A stretch of 64,000 bases of DNA. Origin: Minisyncoccota bacterium (GTDB taxonomy: Bacteria > Patescibacteriota > Minisyncoccia > Phycocordibacterales > CAIZLB01). The stretch is taken from positions 19,005-83,004 of the forward strand of contig JAGOSK010000001.1 in assembly GCA_018062305.1 (NCBI GenBank). Reading direction: 5' to 3'. The notes under the pieces are model-generated. The model was given only the letters and a program-made list of their open reading frames with translations. It made no database searches and was not told the DNA's origin. Both the position numbers and the translations under genes were made by a program. Positions 9,392 to 18,719 of this stretch are shown here, piece by piece. Position 1 is the first letter of the stretch. The number at the start of each line of letters is the position of its first letter.

Positions 9392-10633
9392 ATGTTTGAC
9401 CTAAAAGTAATTCACTCAGTATTAGACCAACTCGAAGAAGAGCGTGGTATTCCGAAAGCAAAAATTATAGAAGCCATTGAAATGGCTCTTGCAACAGCGT
9501 ACAAGAAAGAATTTGGCCGAAAAGACCAATTCATCCGTGCGCATTTTGACATTGCAACAGGAAAAACTGAATTTTCTCAAATAAAAGTAGTAGTCGGTCC
9601 TGACCAAATCGTTCTCACAAAGGAAGAACTCCCTGAAAACCCAGTAGAAGGTGAAGAAAAAGTCCTATTTAATGATGAACGACATATCCTTATCGATACA
9701 GCTCGACTTATCAAGAAAGGCGTGCAAGTAGGAGAAGAAGTAGTATTTGACCTTGAATATAAAGACGATTTCGGACGAATTGCTGCGCAGACTGCTAAAC
9801 AAGTTATTATCCAGAAGATCCGAGAAGCTGAAAAAACATCAGTACTTGCAGAATATGGAAAGAAAGAAGGAGAAATTATCTCTGGAACTGTTCAGCGAAC
9901 AGAAAGAGGAAATGTATTCATCGATATGGGGCGAGCTGTTGGTATGCTTCCATATGAAGAGCAGATCCCTGGTGAACACTACAAGCAAGGTGAACGACTT
10001 CGAATGGTACTTCTCCGAGTTGAAGAAACTCCACGAGGTATTTTTGTTCGGCTTTCACGATCACACCCACGATTCCTTTCAGAACTTTTCAAAGTTGAAG
10101 TGCCTGAAATAGTTGCAGGTACAGTTGAAATCAAAGCAATTGCACGAGAAGCGGGTCAGCGATCAAAGGTTGCCGTTCATTCAACGGATTCACACATCGA
10201 TCCAATCGGTTCAATGGTAGGTCAGCGTGGAGTTCGAGTTATGACTGTTATGAGTGAACTAGGAGGAAATGAAAAAATAGATATCATCGAATGGTCAGAG
10301 AATCCTGCTGATTTTATCAAAGACTCTCTATCCCCTGCTGAAGTTGCAAGTGTAACTGTTGACGAAGTAAACAAAACTGCAAAAGTAATGGTTACAGAAG
10401 ATCAGCAATCACTCGCTATTGGTAAAGGAGGACAAAACGTTCGACTTGCTGCAAAACTTACTGGTTGGAGAATTGATATTCAATCAACTGGAACAAAAAG
10501 TGCTGATGAGAATGCCGTTTCAAGTGATGGTGAAAAACTAGAAGGAAACACATCAAAAGGAAAGGAAGCAGAAACTATGGCTGGTATTACTGAACCAACT
10601 ATTGCAGACGCAACAGATATTACTAACGCTTAA
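9392..10633 (+). CDS. nusA: Transcription termination/antitermination factor NusA
   Basis: N-terminal domain plus S1 and two KH regions (GQRGVRV..., IGKGGQNVRLAAKLTGWRIDI). Confidence 0.9.
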   Translation: MFDLKVIHSVLDQLEEERGIPKAKIIEAIEMALATAYKKEFGRKDQFIRAHFDIATGKTEFSQIKVVVGPDQIVLTKEELPENPVEGEEKVLFNDERHILIDTARLIKKGVQVGEEVVFDLEYKDDFGRIAAQTAKQVIIQKIREAEKTSVLAEYGKKEGEIISGTVQRTERGNVFIDMGRAVGMLPYEEQIPGEHYKQGERLRMVLLRVEETPRGIFVRLSRSHPRFLSELFKVEVPEIVAGTVEIKAIAREAGQRSKVAVHSTDSHIDPIGSMVGQRGVRVMTVMSELGGNEKIDIIEWSENPADFIKDSLSPAEVASVTVDEVNKTAKVMVTEDQQSLAIGKGGQNVRLAAKLTGWRIDIQSTGTKSADENAVSSDGEKLEGNTSKGKEAETMAGITEPTIADATDITNA

Positions 10634-10647
10634 TTTCACTAAATCGC

Positions 10648-11712
10648 ATGCCATTTAAAATCATAAAACAAGCAACGCTTCCAGATAGTGAATATGAAAT
10701 AGAAGGAGAAATTCATGCAAATGTTGTAAAGGAGTTTCGAGATAAAGCGGTAAAAGAACTTTCTCTTGAAACTCGAGTAGCAGGATTTCGACCAGGACAC
10801 GCCCCAGAAAAATTTGTTGTGGAACGATTCGGTGAAGTTGCTATTACTGAAGAAGCTGGACGAATGGCACTCGAAAAACATTATGGAGAAATAGTTAAAA
10901 AAGCTATTGATGATAAAAAAATAAAAGTTCTTGGTTCTCCTGCTGTAACAATTACTAAAGTTGCACCTGGTGAAGCTTTTGGTTTTAAAATCAAGACTGC
11001 ACTTATGCCTGAAGTAAAAGTGAAAGGATACAAGGCTACTGCTAAAAAGGTAATGTCGGAAAAGGCTGAAGTAAAGGTTACTGACAAAGAAATTGACGAT
11101 GCAATTGTAGATTTGCAAAAGCAAGTTGCTCACACCGATCATCATAAAAATAATCCTGATGATCACGGACATGATCATGGTGACCTAGCTCTTCCGGAAG
11201 TGGACGCAGAATTTATTAAAAAGTTCGGTCCGTTTGAAACAGTAGAGACTTTCAAAGGAAAGGTAAAGGAAGGAATTACTGTTGAGAAAAATCGAAAAGA
11301 GAAAGACAAAAAACGACTTTCTCTTATGGATACTCTTATTGAGGACTCTGAAATTACAATGCCAAAAATGCTTGTAGAGTCAGAACTCAGTAGAATGGTT
11401 CATGAACTTGGTGCAAATATTTCTCAAATGGGACTCAATGTTGAAACATACTTGAAACACATTGGAAAAACTATTGATGAACTCAAGAAAGAATGGGTTC
11501 CAGATGCAGAGAAACGAGCAAAAACTCAGCTTATCCTAAATCAAATTGCACTTGATGAAAAAATCACAGTAAGTGAAGACGATATTAAGAAAGAAGTTGA
11601 ACAGATCATGCAGGTATACAAAGATGCAGACAAGACACGTGCTGAAATCTACGTAGAAACCGTACTGATTAACGAAAAGGTTTGGGCTTGGTTGGAGGAA
11701 CAGGGGAAGTAA
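10648..11712 (+). CDS. tig: Trigger factor; short form that appears to lack the FKBP PPIase domain and carries a His/Asp-rich linker
   Basis: The GFRPGHAPEK ribosome-binding signature is present, as is a C-terminal chaperone arm. At 354 aa it is short. An HTDHHKNNPDDHGHDHGD linker sits where the PPIase domain normally is. Confidence 0.8.
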   Translation: MPFKIIKQATLPDSEYEIEGEIHANVVKEFRDKAVKELSLETRVAGFRPGHAPEKFVVERFGEVAITEEAGRMALEKHYGEIVKKAIDDKKIKVLGSPAVTITKVAPGEAFGFKIKTALMPEVKVKGYKATAKKVMSEKAEVKVTDKEIDDAIVDLQKQVAHTDHHKNNPDDHGHDHGDLALPEVDAEFIKKFGPFETVETFKGKVKEGITVEKNRKEKDKKRLSLMDTLIEDSEITMPKMLVESELSRMVHELGANISQMGLNVETYLKHIGKTIDELKKEWVPDAEKRAKTQLILNQIALDEKITVSEDDIKKEVEQIMQVYKDADKTRAEIYVETVLINEKVWAWLEEQGK

Positions 11713-11731
11713 AAATAAAAACTCTTACAAT

Positions 11732-11813
11732 AAAAAGCGTATGTATCCGGGATTCGATTCAGCAGAATCGGGTCGAGCCAATCATCTTTAGGCTCAATAT
11801 ACATACGCTTTTT
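11732..11813. terminator. Bidirectional terminator between the convergent tig and rsmE genes
   Basis: Perfect 12-bp arms AAGCGTATGTAT/ATACATACGCTT with flanking A/T runs. An inner CGATTC-AGCA-GAATCG hairpin sits in the loop. Confidence 0.5.
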
Positions 11814-11844
11814 ATGTACTCGATTTTAAATAATTTCATTCACT

Positions 11845-12654
11845 CTACCCAACCTTCACCAACGTCACCACTCCAATCGCAGCGGTCTCCGCACGTAATA
11901 CATTTTCTGAAAATTTAATTTTTCGGAGCGCCATCTTTTCAAAATAATTTTCTTCTTTTTCCGACCATCCCCCTTCAGGACCAACAAGAAATCCTAGTGG
12001 GTATTTTTTCAAAAGCTTTTTCCCCTCTTCCCATAAATCTCCTCTTTGATGACAAATCACCATGTCTCCGTCCATTGCAAGGAAATCTTCAATAGCCTTT
12101 TTCAAAATCACAGGTTCATGGACCTTCAATACCGAAGTTCTACCGGACTGTTCGGAAGCTTCTATTGCAATCTTTTCTGCTCGTTTCTGATTAATATTTT
12201 TCTTAATAGTTCTATCGCAAAGCACAGGAATAACATGATCCGCCCCGAGTTCTGTCACTTTCTGCACAACGAGGTCAAAATTCTCGCCCTTGAGAATTGA
12301 AACAAAAAGCCAAATTTCATCTTTTTTGGCAGATTTGAGGTGCGCCGTAGTACCCCCTCCTTTGTCTTCACTTTTATCTTCGCCCTTGTTTTCATCTTTT
12401 TCTAAAATAATCAGTTCCGTCTTAAAAGACCCTGGCGCGCCGTAGGATTCAATCATACACAGACATTCAGTCTTTGAATCATCAAAAAGCACCACCCTGC
12501 TCCCTGGCATGTATCGAAACACATCCTTCCACTGATGAACCAAACCGGCAAAGTTCTCATTCTGCATAGAGTCTAAAATAAACCGATTTCCAATAGATAA
12601 ATCAGCCAAATTCACCCCGTTTGTACCGCCAATATAAAATCTGTGCAATCTCAT
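11845..12654 (-). CDS. rsmE: 16S rRNA (uracil1498-N3)-methyltransferase RsmE with a lysine/glutamate-rich insertion
   Basis: C-terminal GPEGGWSEKE...LRAETAA motif of the RsmE/SPOUT family. Confidence 0.8.
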   Translation of the reverse strand: MRLHRFYIGGTNGVNLADLSIGNRFILDSMQNENFAGLVHQWKDVFRYMPGSRVVLFDDSKTECLCMIESYGAPGSFKTELIILEKDENKGEDKSEDKGGGTTAHLKSAKKDEIWLFVSILKGENFDLVVQKVTELGADHVIPVLCDRTIKKNINQKRAEKIAIEASEQSGRTSVLKVHEPVILKKAIEDFLAMDGDMVICHQRGDLWEEGKKLLKKYPLGFLVGPEGGWSEKEENYFEKMALRKIKFSENVLRAETAAIGVVTLVKVG

Positions 12655-12795
12655 AAAATATGTAGTATAGTGTGCTTGAAAGGCTACCAGAATCAGAGCA
12701 AAATCACAATACGATTACCAGCATCCAGGAGAGTTTCCCGCACCAAACTGACAGACCCGCACTAAGCTACATTACACATTTTAAATTTTGAAATT

Positions 12796-13365
12796 ATGTT
12801 AATTCCAACAGTTATCGAAAAATCACAATTTGGCGAGAGGGCATATGACATTTATTCACGACTTCTGAAAGAAAACATTATTTTTCTAGGTGGTCCTATT
12901 GATGACAATATCGCAAACATAGTCATTGCTCAAATGCTCTTTCTAGAGTCTGAAAATCCTAAAAAGGATATTGTTCTCTATGTAAATTCCCCTGGTGGTC
13001 ACGTAAAGGATGGTCTAGCGATTATAGACACGATGAATCATATTAAAAATGATGTTTCTACTGTGTGTGTAGGTATGGCAGCTTCAATGGGAGCAATGAT
13101 TCTTTCAGCTGGAGCAAAAGGTAAAAGATATATTTTACCAAACGCAGAAGTAATGATTCACCAGCCATTAGGAGGCGCGGAAGGACAAGCTACAGATATC
13201 GAGATCACTGCCCGACATATCCTAAAGACAAAAGAGAATTTAGCCAAAATGCTTGCTAAAAACTGTGCTCAACCACTTACTAAAATAGAAAAAGATATGG
13301 ATCGAGATTTCTACATGTCAGCCGATGAAGCTAAAAAGTACGGAATTGTTGATAAAGTACTCTAA
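12796..13365 (+). CDS. clpP: ATP-dependent Clp protease proteolytic subunit
   Basis: [14 protein letters not shown], catalytic Ser in MAASMGA and His in MIHQPLGG. Confidence 0.9.
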   Translation: MLIPTVIEKSQFGERAYDIYSRLLKENIIFLGGPIDDNIANIVIAQMLFLESENPKKDIVLYVNSPGGHVKDGLAIIDTMNHIKNDVSTVCVGMAASMGAMILSAGAKGKRYILPNAEVMIHQPLGGAEGQATDIEITARHILKTKENLAKMLAKNCAQPLTKIEKDMDRDFYMSADEAKKYGIVDKVL

Positions 13366-13370
13366 AAAAT

Positions 13371-14903
13371 ATGATTACGTTACAAACCGCCATTCTCCTC
13401 ACCATTCTCGGTGTGGGTATTGGCTTCTCGGTTGGATATCTCATTCGTATCCTCGTAGCACTCAGTAAAAAGAATTCGATTGAGTTGGATATAAAAAAGA
13501 TGATGATAGACGCTCGTGAGAGAGCAGAAAAAGTAACGCTTGATGCTGAGAAGAAGGCGTCCGAAACATTGAAGTCTGCTCGTGAACAAGTGCGTGAGCG
13601 TGAGGACAATATCATCAAAGGTGAAGAACGTCTTGCAAAAAAGGATGAGCTTTTGGAAATGAAAGAAGTTGAACTACAAAGCGAGGCTGAGGCTCTCAAA
13701 ATACGTGTTACTGAAATAAAAGCCATAAAAGATAGAGTTGACAGCAGCAAAGCTGAAATAGAAGCAGAAATACAAAAAGTTGCAGGGCTTTCAAAGGAGC
13801 AAGCTGAACAAAAACTACTGCAGCAAATTGAAGCTGAAGCGGAAAAAACACTTTCTTCCCGTCTATATAAATTAGAAAACTTTGCAACAGAATCTTTAGA
13901 ACAAAAAGCTAAAGAAATTCTCGCAGTATCGATTCAAAGACTTGCCGTGTCTGTTCCAGCAGATCTTTTCTCTACATGTGTACCTATAGTTTCAGAAGAC
14001 GATAAAGGTAAAATTATTGGTAAAGAAGGTAGAAACATCAAAGCGTTTGAGAAAGCAACAGGTGTTGAAGTCTTGGTTGATGATCAACCTGATGCAATCA
14101 TGCTTTCATCTTTTGATCCGATACGGAGACAGATTGCGCGAATTGCACTCGAGAGACTACTACAAGACGGAAGAATTCAACCAGCAAAAATAGAAAAAGA
14201 AGTTGAGCTCGCGCAAGAAGCAATAAATAAAGTAATAAAAGATGAGGGAGAACGAGCAATTTACGAAACAGGTATCACCCCTCTCGATCCGAGAATCACA
14301 GCGATACTCGGACGACTACATTTTCGAACTAGTTATGGACAAAATGTTCTCCAACATTCTATTGAATGTGCTCACATTGCAGGAATGATTGCTGAAGAAC
14401 TTGGTGCAAATGTAAATACTGCAAAAACAGGAGCGCTTGTTCATGATATTGGAAAAGCTCTTGATCATGAAGTACAAGGAACGCATGTAGAAATTGGTAG
14501 AAAAATTTTACAGAAGTTTGGAGCGAGCGAAGAAATTGTAAAATCAATGGAAGCTCACCATGAAGAATATCCGTATGAGACCGTAGAATCACGCATTGTA
14601 CAGACAGCTGATGCAATTTCAGGAGGACGACCAGGAGCACGAAAAGACAATGCTGAAAATTATATAAAACGCCTCACAGAGCTCGAACAAATTGCCAAAA
14701 AAGAGAAAGGGGTTGAAAAAGTATATGCATTACAGGCAGGGCGTGAAATCAGAGTATTTGTACACCCTGATGTTGTCTCAGATATGGATGCTAAAAATAT
14801 GGCTATAAATATAGCTAAAAACATTGAGGAGGAACTCAAGTACCCTGGTGAAATAAAGGTTCATATCATTCGTGAGACTCGAGTTGTGGAGTATGCGAGA
14901 TAG
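13371..14903 (+). CDS. rny: Ribonuclease Y
   Basis: N-terminal TM helix, coiled coil, KH domain (GKIIGKEGRNIKAFE) and HD domain (HSIECAHIAG...VHDIGK). Confidence 0.9.
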   Translation: MITLQTAILLTILGVGIGFSVGYLIRILVALSKKNSIELDIKKMMIDARERAEKVTLDAEKKASETLKSAREQVREREDNIIKGEERLAKKDELLEMKEVELQSEAEALKIRVTEIKAIKDRVDSSKAEIEAEIQKVAGLSKEQAEQKLLQQIEAEAEKTLSSRLYKLENFATESLEQKAKEILAVSIQRLAVSVPADLFSTCVPIVSEDDKGKIIGKEGRNIKAFEKATGVEVLVDDQPDAIMLSSFDPIRRQIARIALERLLQDGRIQPAKIEKEVELAQEAINKVIKDEGERAIYETGITPLDPRITAILGRLHFRTSYGQNVLQHSIECAHIAGMIAEELGANVNTAKTGALVHDIGKALDHEVQGTHVEIGRKILQKFGASEEIVKSMEAHHEEYPYETVESRIVQTADAISGGRPGARKDNAENYIKRLTELEQIAKKEKGVEKVYALQAGREIRVFVHPDVVSDMDAKNMAINIAKNIEEELKYPGEIKVHIIRETRVVEYAR

Positions 14904-15038
14904 TCTAAACAGACGCACACTAGTCTCATGTATGACGAACGGGTACGACCCCTTGCCCAAAATATGGCTTGATATATAATTGGAATCACGGAACCAGACA
15001 AGGTCGACTAATTAATAGTATATAAAAGCAAAATCAAA

Positions 15039-15314
15039 ATGAACAAAGCCGCATTAGTTGAAAAAGTTCACGGAGTTCTCGGAAGTACAAAAGTACAAGC
15101 TGAGCAAATCGTAGATACAGTTTTCGACAACATCGTCGCAACTTTAAAGAAAGGAGACGAAGTTTCAGTAGCAGGATTTGGTATCTTTTCTGCAAAGACT
15201 CGAGCAGCACGAACAGCGCGAAACCCACGAACAGGTGAAATGGTAAAGGTTGCCGCTATGAAAGTTGCAAAGTTCCGAGCAGCGAAAGCACTCAAAGAAG
15301 CAATCAATAAGTAA
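15039..15314 (+). CDS. hup: DNA-binding protein HU
   Basis: 91 aa with GFGIFSAKTRAARTARNPRTGEMVKV, the HU/IHF arm. Confidence 0.9.
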   Translation: MNKAALVEKVHGVLGSTKVQAEQIVDTVFDNIVATLKKGDEVSVAGFGIFSAKTRAARTARNPRTGEMVKVAAMKVAKFRAAKALKEAINK

Positions 15315-15403
15315 TTTGTTGATACGCTGTTGCGACGCACCATTGCAGTGCGAAGCAAAAAAGTTAATTAGATTCATGACCAATCAATTTGGTCCCACTT
15401 ATT

Positions 15404-15438
15404 AAAATCCCCTCTCAGAAATGAGAGGGGATTTTAAT
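15404..15438. terminator. Bidirectional intrinsic terminator
   Basis: Perfect hairpin AAAATCCCCTCTCA-gaaa-TGAGAGGGGATTTT between the convergent hup and 15468..15797 genes. Confidence 0.7.
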
Positions 15439-15467
15439 TTGGGAATTTATCTTGGATATGACGTATA

Positions 15468-15797
15468 TTAATTGGGTTTAAATTCAGTCCCAGCTCTCTC
15501 AATCACCACACGATCCATTTTCCTATCTTGTATTACTTTGTCTATATTATCAGAATGCGAATTCTTTAACTCGCGATATCTCTCTCCTGCTTTCTCAATT
15601 CTCAAAAGGAGATCGTTAAGTTCAGGAGAATCAACTTTCCCTTCATGGTACAAATCCTGATACAAACCCATGGCCTTATACTGCAAATTCATAACGGTCT
15701 CACTCACATCATTCATTTGCATTTCCAGAAGTGATGACTCAAATTTTAGGAAGTCTTCATCTGCTTGGTTTCTTGGTTTAATAAGTTCGTAATTCAT
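15468..15797 (-). CDS. Hypothetical protein
   Basis: 109-aa ORF with a terminator downstream. No recognisable motif. Confidence 0.4.
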   Translation of the reverse strand: MNYELIKPRNQADEDFLKFESSLLEMQMNDVSETVMNLQYKAMGLYQDLYHEGKVDSPELNDLLLRIEKAGERYRELKNSHSDNIDKVIQDRKMDRVVIERAGTEFKPN

Positions 15798-15827
15798 ATT
15801 TTATTTTATTTTTTATTTGCTAAATGT

Positions 15828-16337
15828 TTATATTAAATCCTTCTCCATAACTATTACGTCTATCTTGGTACCATCATTTTTCTGAGAGTTTCCTTTTAAA
15901 GTTTCCACGATGTAATAGCCATTCTTTTTTGAAAATTCTATTGTCTTCTCTCTGTCCACCACTACATAAAGTCTGATTTTCTTTGCACCTTCTGATACGG
16001 CCCATTTCTCTCTTGCCTCAACGAGCTTTCTTGCAATACCTTTTCCCCTGTATTCTGGTAAAACGCCAAGCTTATGAAGTACTGGAACGCCTGGAAGCTC
16101 ATCATAGAAATTAATGCGGCCCATACCAACAAACCTTTCACCTTCGACAGCGACAAAAGTCTTTCCTTTTTTCTGTAAGCTCTTTCTCCACTCCTCTTCA
16201 GTTCTGGATACTATTTCTGAATATTCATCTACAAACGCTCCAGGATCAGTCTTCAAGAGACTGAGATATAGTTCACGAAGCTCTCTCCATTCTTCCTGTT
16301 TTATCTCTTTAATTTCCATAGAAAAATTATAGCTCAC
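15828..16337 (-). CDS. GNAT-family N-acetyltransferase
   Basis: Acetyl-CoA binding motif LGVLPEYRGKGIARKLV. The start is possibly the internal MEIKEIK. Confidence 0.75.
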   Translation of the reverse strand: MSYNFSMEIKEIKQEEWRELRELYLSLLKTDPGAFVDEYSEIVSRTEEEWRKSLQKKGKTFVAVEGERFVGMGRINFYDELPGVPVLHKLGVLPEYRGKGIARKLVEAREKWAVSEGAKKIRLYVVVDREKTIEFSKKNGYYIVETLKGNSQKNDGTKIDVIVMEKDLI

Positions 16338-16394
16338 TTACAAACTTTGATGCAATGATATAGATAAGGGAATAAGGAGAGTTTATAAAGGGAA

Positions 16395-16440
16395 GGTAAA
16401 GTAAAGTAAAAACACCCAGAGCTCCGAGGAGATGGGTGTT
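16395..16440 (-). terminator. Intrinsic terminator after the 16531..16983 gene
   Basis: Minus-strand hairpin AACACCCA-14nt-TGGGTGTT followed by UUUUACUUUACUUUAC. Confidence 0.5.
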
Positions 16441-16530
16441 GGTTGATTTGCTACACTTTTTACGAACAGTAGCCCTGTTCGGTTTTTGATTCTGTTGACA
16501 AGATGGTTTACTCCACCTCCGTAGCCAATG

Positions 16531-16983
16531 CTACAGTTCGATCAAGACTCGGTCGTCGCTTACCCATACGTAAACTTTTGGATCAGTGAGAGGTCTGCCG
16601 ACTTTGGGGTCGACATCAACAACCATGCAATCCATAACGTTTATGTCGCCTTTGGGAACCGCCCTTCCATGTCTTTCAAGCTTCCAGCTGTCATCCAGAG
16701 CTCCGCGCTTTGGGAGCCATAGAAAACCGAGGAAGTCCTGACGATCAAAGAGGGGTGATTCGCCGCGTGCAATAAGTGAGTAGCATACAAGAGCTCCACT
16801 TTTGCTTTCACGGGGTTCCCAATGGGCTGGAGCGGTGAAGTTCCCATCAGGCCGATCAAACGACCTGATGTATTCCACCACTTCAGGGCCAGCAAGCTTC
16901 ACGCCTTCCAATTGCTCGCCAACCGTCTTACCAGCGACCAGCTTGAGAAGTCCAACACGATTCAGATCAATGTTTGTGCTCAT
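16531..16983 (-). CDS. Hypothetical protein in a GC-rich islet
   Basis: 150-aa ORF at about 50% GC with a terminator downstream. No recognisable family. Confidence 0.45.
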   Translation of the reverse strand: MSTNIDLNRVGLLKLVAGKTVGEQLEGVKLAGPEVVEYIRSFDRPDGNFTAPAHWEPRESKSGALVCYSLIARGESPLFDRQDFLGFLWLPKRGALDDSWKLERHGRAVPKGDINVMDCMVVDVDPKVGRPLTDPKVYVWVSDDRVLIEL

Positions 16984-17040
16984 AGTAAAGATTCCTCACC
17001 TTGGCATACAGTGTCTCCCGAATGGGAGCTTATCAGTTGC

Positions 17041-17091
17041 GTTGGTTGTGGAAATAGAGAAATGGTTAACGTCCCTATTTCCACAACCAAC
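17041..17091. repeat. Perfect 17-bp inverted repeat (hairpin) with a 17-nt loop
   Basis: GTTGGTTGTGGAAATAG ... CTATTTCCACAACCAAC read directly. It is followed by ATTTTATTTT on the plus strand. Confidence 0.5.
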
Positions 17092-17198
17092 ATTTTATTT
17101 TAAAGATCTTCTGTTTCGTCCTTTTGGACTCATCAGTCGGAATTACATTCCGAGACAGAGAGATTTTACGGGTAATCTCGAACCGAGTGGGTTTACCA

Positions 17199-17471
17199 CT
17201 ATTTTGAGGTTTTAGTCTCAAATCCAATTCTCTGCATCCATCGCAGAAGTGCCAAAACCTTGACACGTCCAGCGAAACCTAAGTCGCGGTCTGAGATTCG
17301 GTAAATTTTTCCCGTATCATCGATTTGAAGCTGCCTATCACAAATTGAATCAATGAAATACATACCCTCTTCGCCCAGTCCTTCACGGAGAACTCTTTCA
17401 TAGACGCAACGGCCGCCTTCTGGTATATCCAATCCTTCGATTTCGGAAATGATTTCTGCGATTTTTTTCAT
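17199..17471 (-). CDS. Hypothetical small protein in a GC-rich islet
   Basis: 90-aa ORF. No recognisable motif. Confidence 0.4.
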   Translation of the reverse strand: MKKIAEIISEIEGLDIPEGGRCVYERVLREGLGEEGMYFIDSICDRQLQIDDTGKIYRISDRDLGFAGRVKVLALLRWMQRIGFETKTSK

Positions 17472-17706
17472 AGTATTTGATAGTTGAGTTTGGTTTGTGA
17501 TCCCGCAATCCGCATGACGATATGTCAGCAGGTCAATTGTGGTCTCACTTCCAGACTCAACCCCATACTCTCGATGGCTCGATTTTGAATGAACTCAATC
17601 TGGCAATAGTATAGTGACTATGTCAATACTAGTCCAATCTTAATCAAATATTGTTATTTATTATGATATGTATATCTTTATTTGAAGCCATATTTCTACT
17701 ATTTAT

Positions 17707-17734
17707 ATATTGTTGTCACAAATATTGACAATAT
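17707..17734. promoter_or_regulatory. Palindrome ATATTGTTGTCA-N7-TGACAATAT about 30 bp upstream of the TrmB-family regulator gene; candidate autoregulatory operator
   Basis: The TTGTCA...TGACAA inverted repeat is read directly. Confidence 0.35.
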
Positions 17735-17759
17735 TAGCTATAAGCCGTAGACTACAGTT

Positions 17760-18524
17760 ATGAATGAAATCATCGCCTCTTTAGGTCATATAGGTCTTTC
17801 TGATAAGGAAGCTAAGATATATCTGGCTCTCCTTAAGTTTGGTGAGGCTTCTGTTAGTGATATTGCCGATGAAGCGGGTATAAAGCGCCCTACTGCATAC
17901 ATCATTTTGGATGAGCTGCGTAAAAAAGGCCTCGTGATGAAAATTCCACATGCCAAAAAAGCCCTTTTCCAAGCAAAGACACCAGACGAACTCTATGAGC
18001 AGACAGTCTCCAATATCAATCGCTTTGAGAAAGTTCTACCAAAGCTTCGATCAATGAACCCATCTAAGAAAAATATTAAAACTCTTTATTATGAAGGACT
18101 GGACGGTATGAAAGAAGCCCTATACTACAGACTTGATGATCTCAAAGGTACAACCGATGATGGCTTCTGGGCAAAGGACGATGGCACAGTAACTAAGCCA
18201 GTGATGGACCTCTTCCACAAATGGAATGCTTCTCGGGAGAAAAACAACATACTTATAAGTGGTGTTACACCAGAACATGATTCCACCTTGGAGTTTTTTG
18301 AGAAATATAAGCAATCGCATCAAATCATGAGAGTTCCCCAGACAGACTACAACTCTGATATCTCGATTGAAGTGACAGACAAGTTTGTTAGAATCATCGA
18401 TCCGCACGAATTGAAAGCAATCATCATTGAAAACGATCGTCTTTCAGAAGCACTGAAACAAATATTTAGTTTAGCTAAACGAAACTTTATTAAAAAAGAA
18501 AAAGTAGAAGATCTTTTAGGGTAA
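17760..18524 (+). CDS. TrmB-family transcriptional regulator
   Basis: N-terminal winged helix IGLSDKEAKIYLALLKFGEASVSDIADEAGIKRPTAYIILDELRKKGLV. Confidence 0.75.
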   Translation: MNEIIASLGHIGLSDKEAKIYLALLKFGEASVSDIADEAGIKRPTAYIILDELRKKGLVMKIPHAKKALFQAKTPDELYEQTVSNINRFEKVLPKLRSMNPSKKNIKTLYYEGLDGMKEALYYRLDDLKGTTDDGFWAKDDGTVTKPVMDLFHKWNASREKNNILISGVTPEHDSTLEFFEKYKQSHQIMRVPQTDYNSDISIEVTDKFVRIIDPHELKAIIIENDRLSEALKQIFSLAKRNFIKKEKVEDLLG

Positions 18525-18680
18525 GAGAATCGGTCACGCGTTAAAATTGCGGCACAATTTTCCGCGCGACCCCGCCTCCCTCGTTGCGCTTCGCCGATTA
18601 ACCCTTTATGAGATGCGTAAAAGTACCGACTCACTGCGCAACTTCAGTCCGGCTTTCGATTCTCGCTTATCCAATAGCAA
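18524..18680 (+). repeat. Copy A of a conserved structured ~155-nt element (candidate ncRNA) adjacent to tRNA-Gly
   Basis: Two conserved blocks are shared with copy B at 21606..21760: a block of about 75 nt beginning GAGAATCGGTCACGCG and a block of about 44 nt ending CCGGCTTTCGATTC. It starts on the trmB stop codon and is followed by a terminator. Confidence 0.6.
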
Positions 18681-18691
18681 TAAAAACAAAA

Positions 18692-18719
18692 CACCGCTTA
18701 CGCGGTGCCCTGTTTTTAT
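18692..18719. terminator. Bidirectional intrinsic terminator (CACCGC-TTAC-GCGGTG + T-run)
   Basis: Hairpin with CCCTGTTTTTATT on the plus strand and an A-run on the other side. It separates element A from tRNA-Gly. Confidence 0.65.

Noticed and set aside
10639-11178. Minus-strand 179-aa ORF rich in Phe/Ser/Asn
   Set aside because: It is antisense to trigger factor and has a low-complexity composition typical of shadow ORFs in AT-rich DNA.
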